A stretch of DNA of 33,433 bases, taken from positions 8,005 to 41,437 of the forward strand of contig CAZLXS010000002.1 of NCBI GenBank assembly GCA_964563735.1. Reading direction: 5' to 3'. This DNA is from an uncultured Candidatus Saccharibacteria bacterium. GTDB taxonomy: Bacteria; Patescibacteriota; Minisyncoccia; UBA6257; 2-01-FULL-56-20. A program made the translations under genes and the position numbers. This document shows, piece by piece, positions 33,379 to 33,433 of this stretch; the first letter of the stretch is position 1; every line of letters starts with the position of its first letter. The notes under the pieces were generated by a model. That model ran no database searches, was not told the DNA's origin, and was given only the letters and a program-made list of their open reading frames with translations.

Positions 33379-33397
33379 TTTATTATTTACATTGCTG
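33379..33397 (+). repeat. 19-nt direct repeat, copy 2
   Basis: Identical to 33243-33261. Confidence 0.85.
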
Positions 33398-33433
33398 GGG
33401 GATCGTCTAATGGTAGGACATCGCCCTTTGAAG
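33396..33433 (+). tRNA. tRNA-Gln (anticodon UUG), 5' part only, cut by the window end
   Basis: Hand fold: acceptor TGGGGGA, U8, D arm GTCT/AATGGTA/GGAC with G18-G19, anticodon stem TCGCC, loop CTTTGAA (U33, TTG, A37). U1 and the overall 5' end resemble E. coli tRNA-Gln. Confidence 0.75.

Noticed and set aside
1-33433. An alternative genetic code (UGA recoding), as in some candidate phyla.
   Set aside because: All conserved genes translate to full length with the standard code. A TGA ends rplI at the expected position.
18807-33433. The surface cluster as a tRNA-targeted genomic island or prophage.
   Set aside because: No integrase, transposase or phage gene is present, and there is no repeat of a tRNA 3' end. 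The duplicated piece is a 5' leader plus 5' half. The window ends inside the tRNA, so the far side cannot be inspected.

Overview
This is an AT-rich 33.4-kb bacterial window. Gene content and style fit a small-genome, uncultivated monoderm of the Patescibacteria/CPR type; that placement is inference only, since no database search was possible.

Positions 1-18.8 kb are housekeeping. They hold alaS (5' partial), folC, rseP, a stand-alone ComEC-type MBL domain, a D-aminoacylase-like amidohydrolase, ftsW-murG, gltX, an M23 peptidase, murC, a RecB-type PD-(D/E)XK nuclease, rpmA, rplI, ctpA, def and fmt.

Positions 18.8-33.2 kb hold seven co-directional minus-strand genes, all encoding secreted or membrane-anchored proteins. 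They are:
- a dockerin-tagged metzincin protease;
- a 2047-aa giant protein with two propeller-like regions;
- stand-alone paralogs of two of the giant's modules, one of them dockerin-tagged;
- a protein with two Ig-like domains and a C-terminal membrane anchor;
- two membrane proteins with cohesin-like modules.
I read this cluster as a candidate non-cellulosomal cohesin-dockerin surface apparatus, and it is the main hunt result.

The non-coding DNA has unexplained structure:
- two families of GC-rich hairpin repeats, with one copy apparently inserted in frame in alaS;
- an AT-rich hairpin repeat that abuts stop codons;
- a tRNA-like relic split by a GC palindrome, next to a genuine partial tRNA-Gln;
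- a recurrent (T)GCTAYAAT box 6-9 nt upstream of several start codons, with Shine-Dalgarno sequences mostly absent, which suggests leaderless transcripts.

No rRNA, CRISPR array, transposase or integrase was seen. All protein calls rest on motif recognition by eye.
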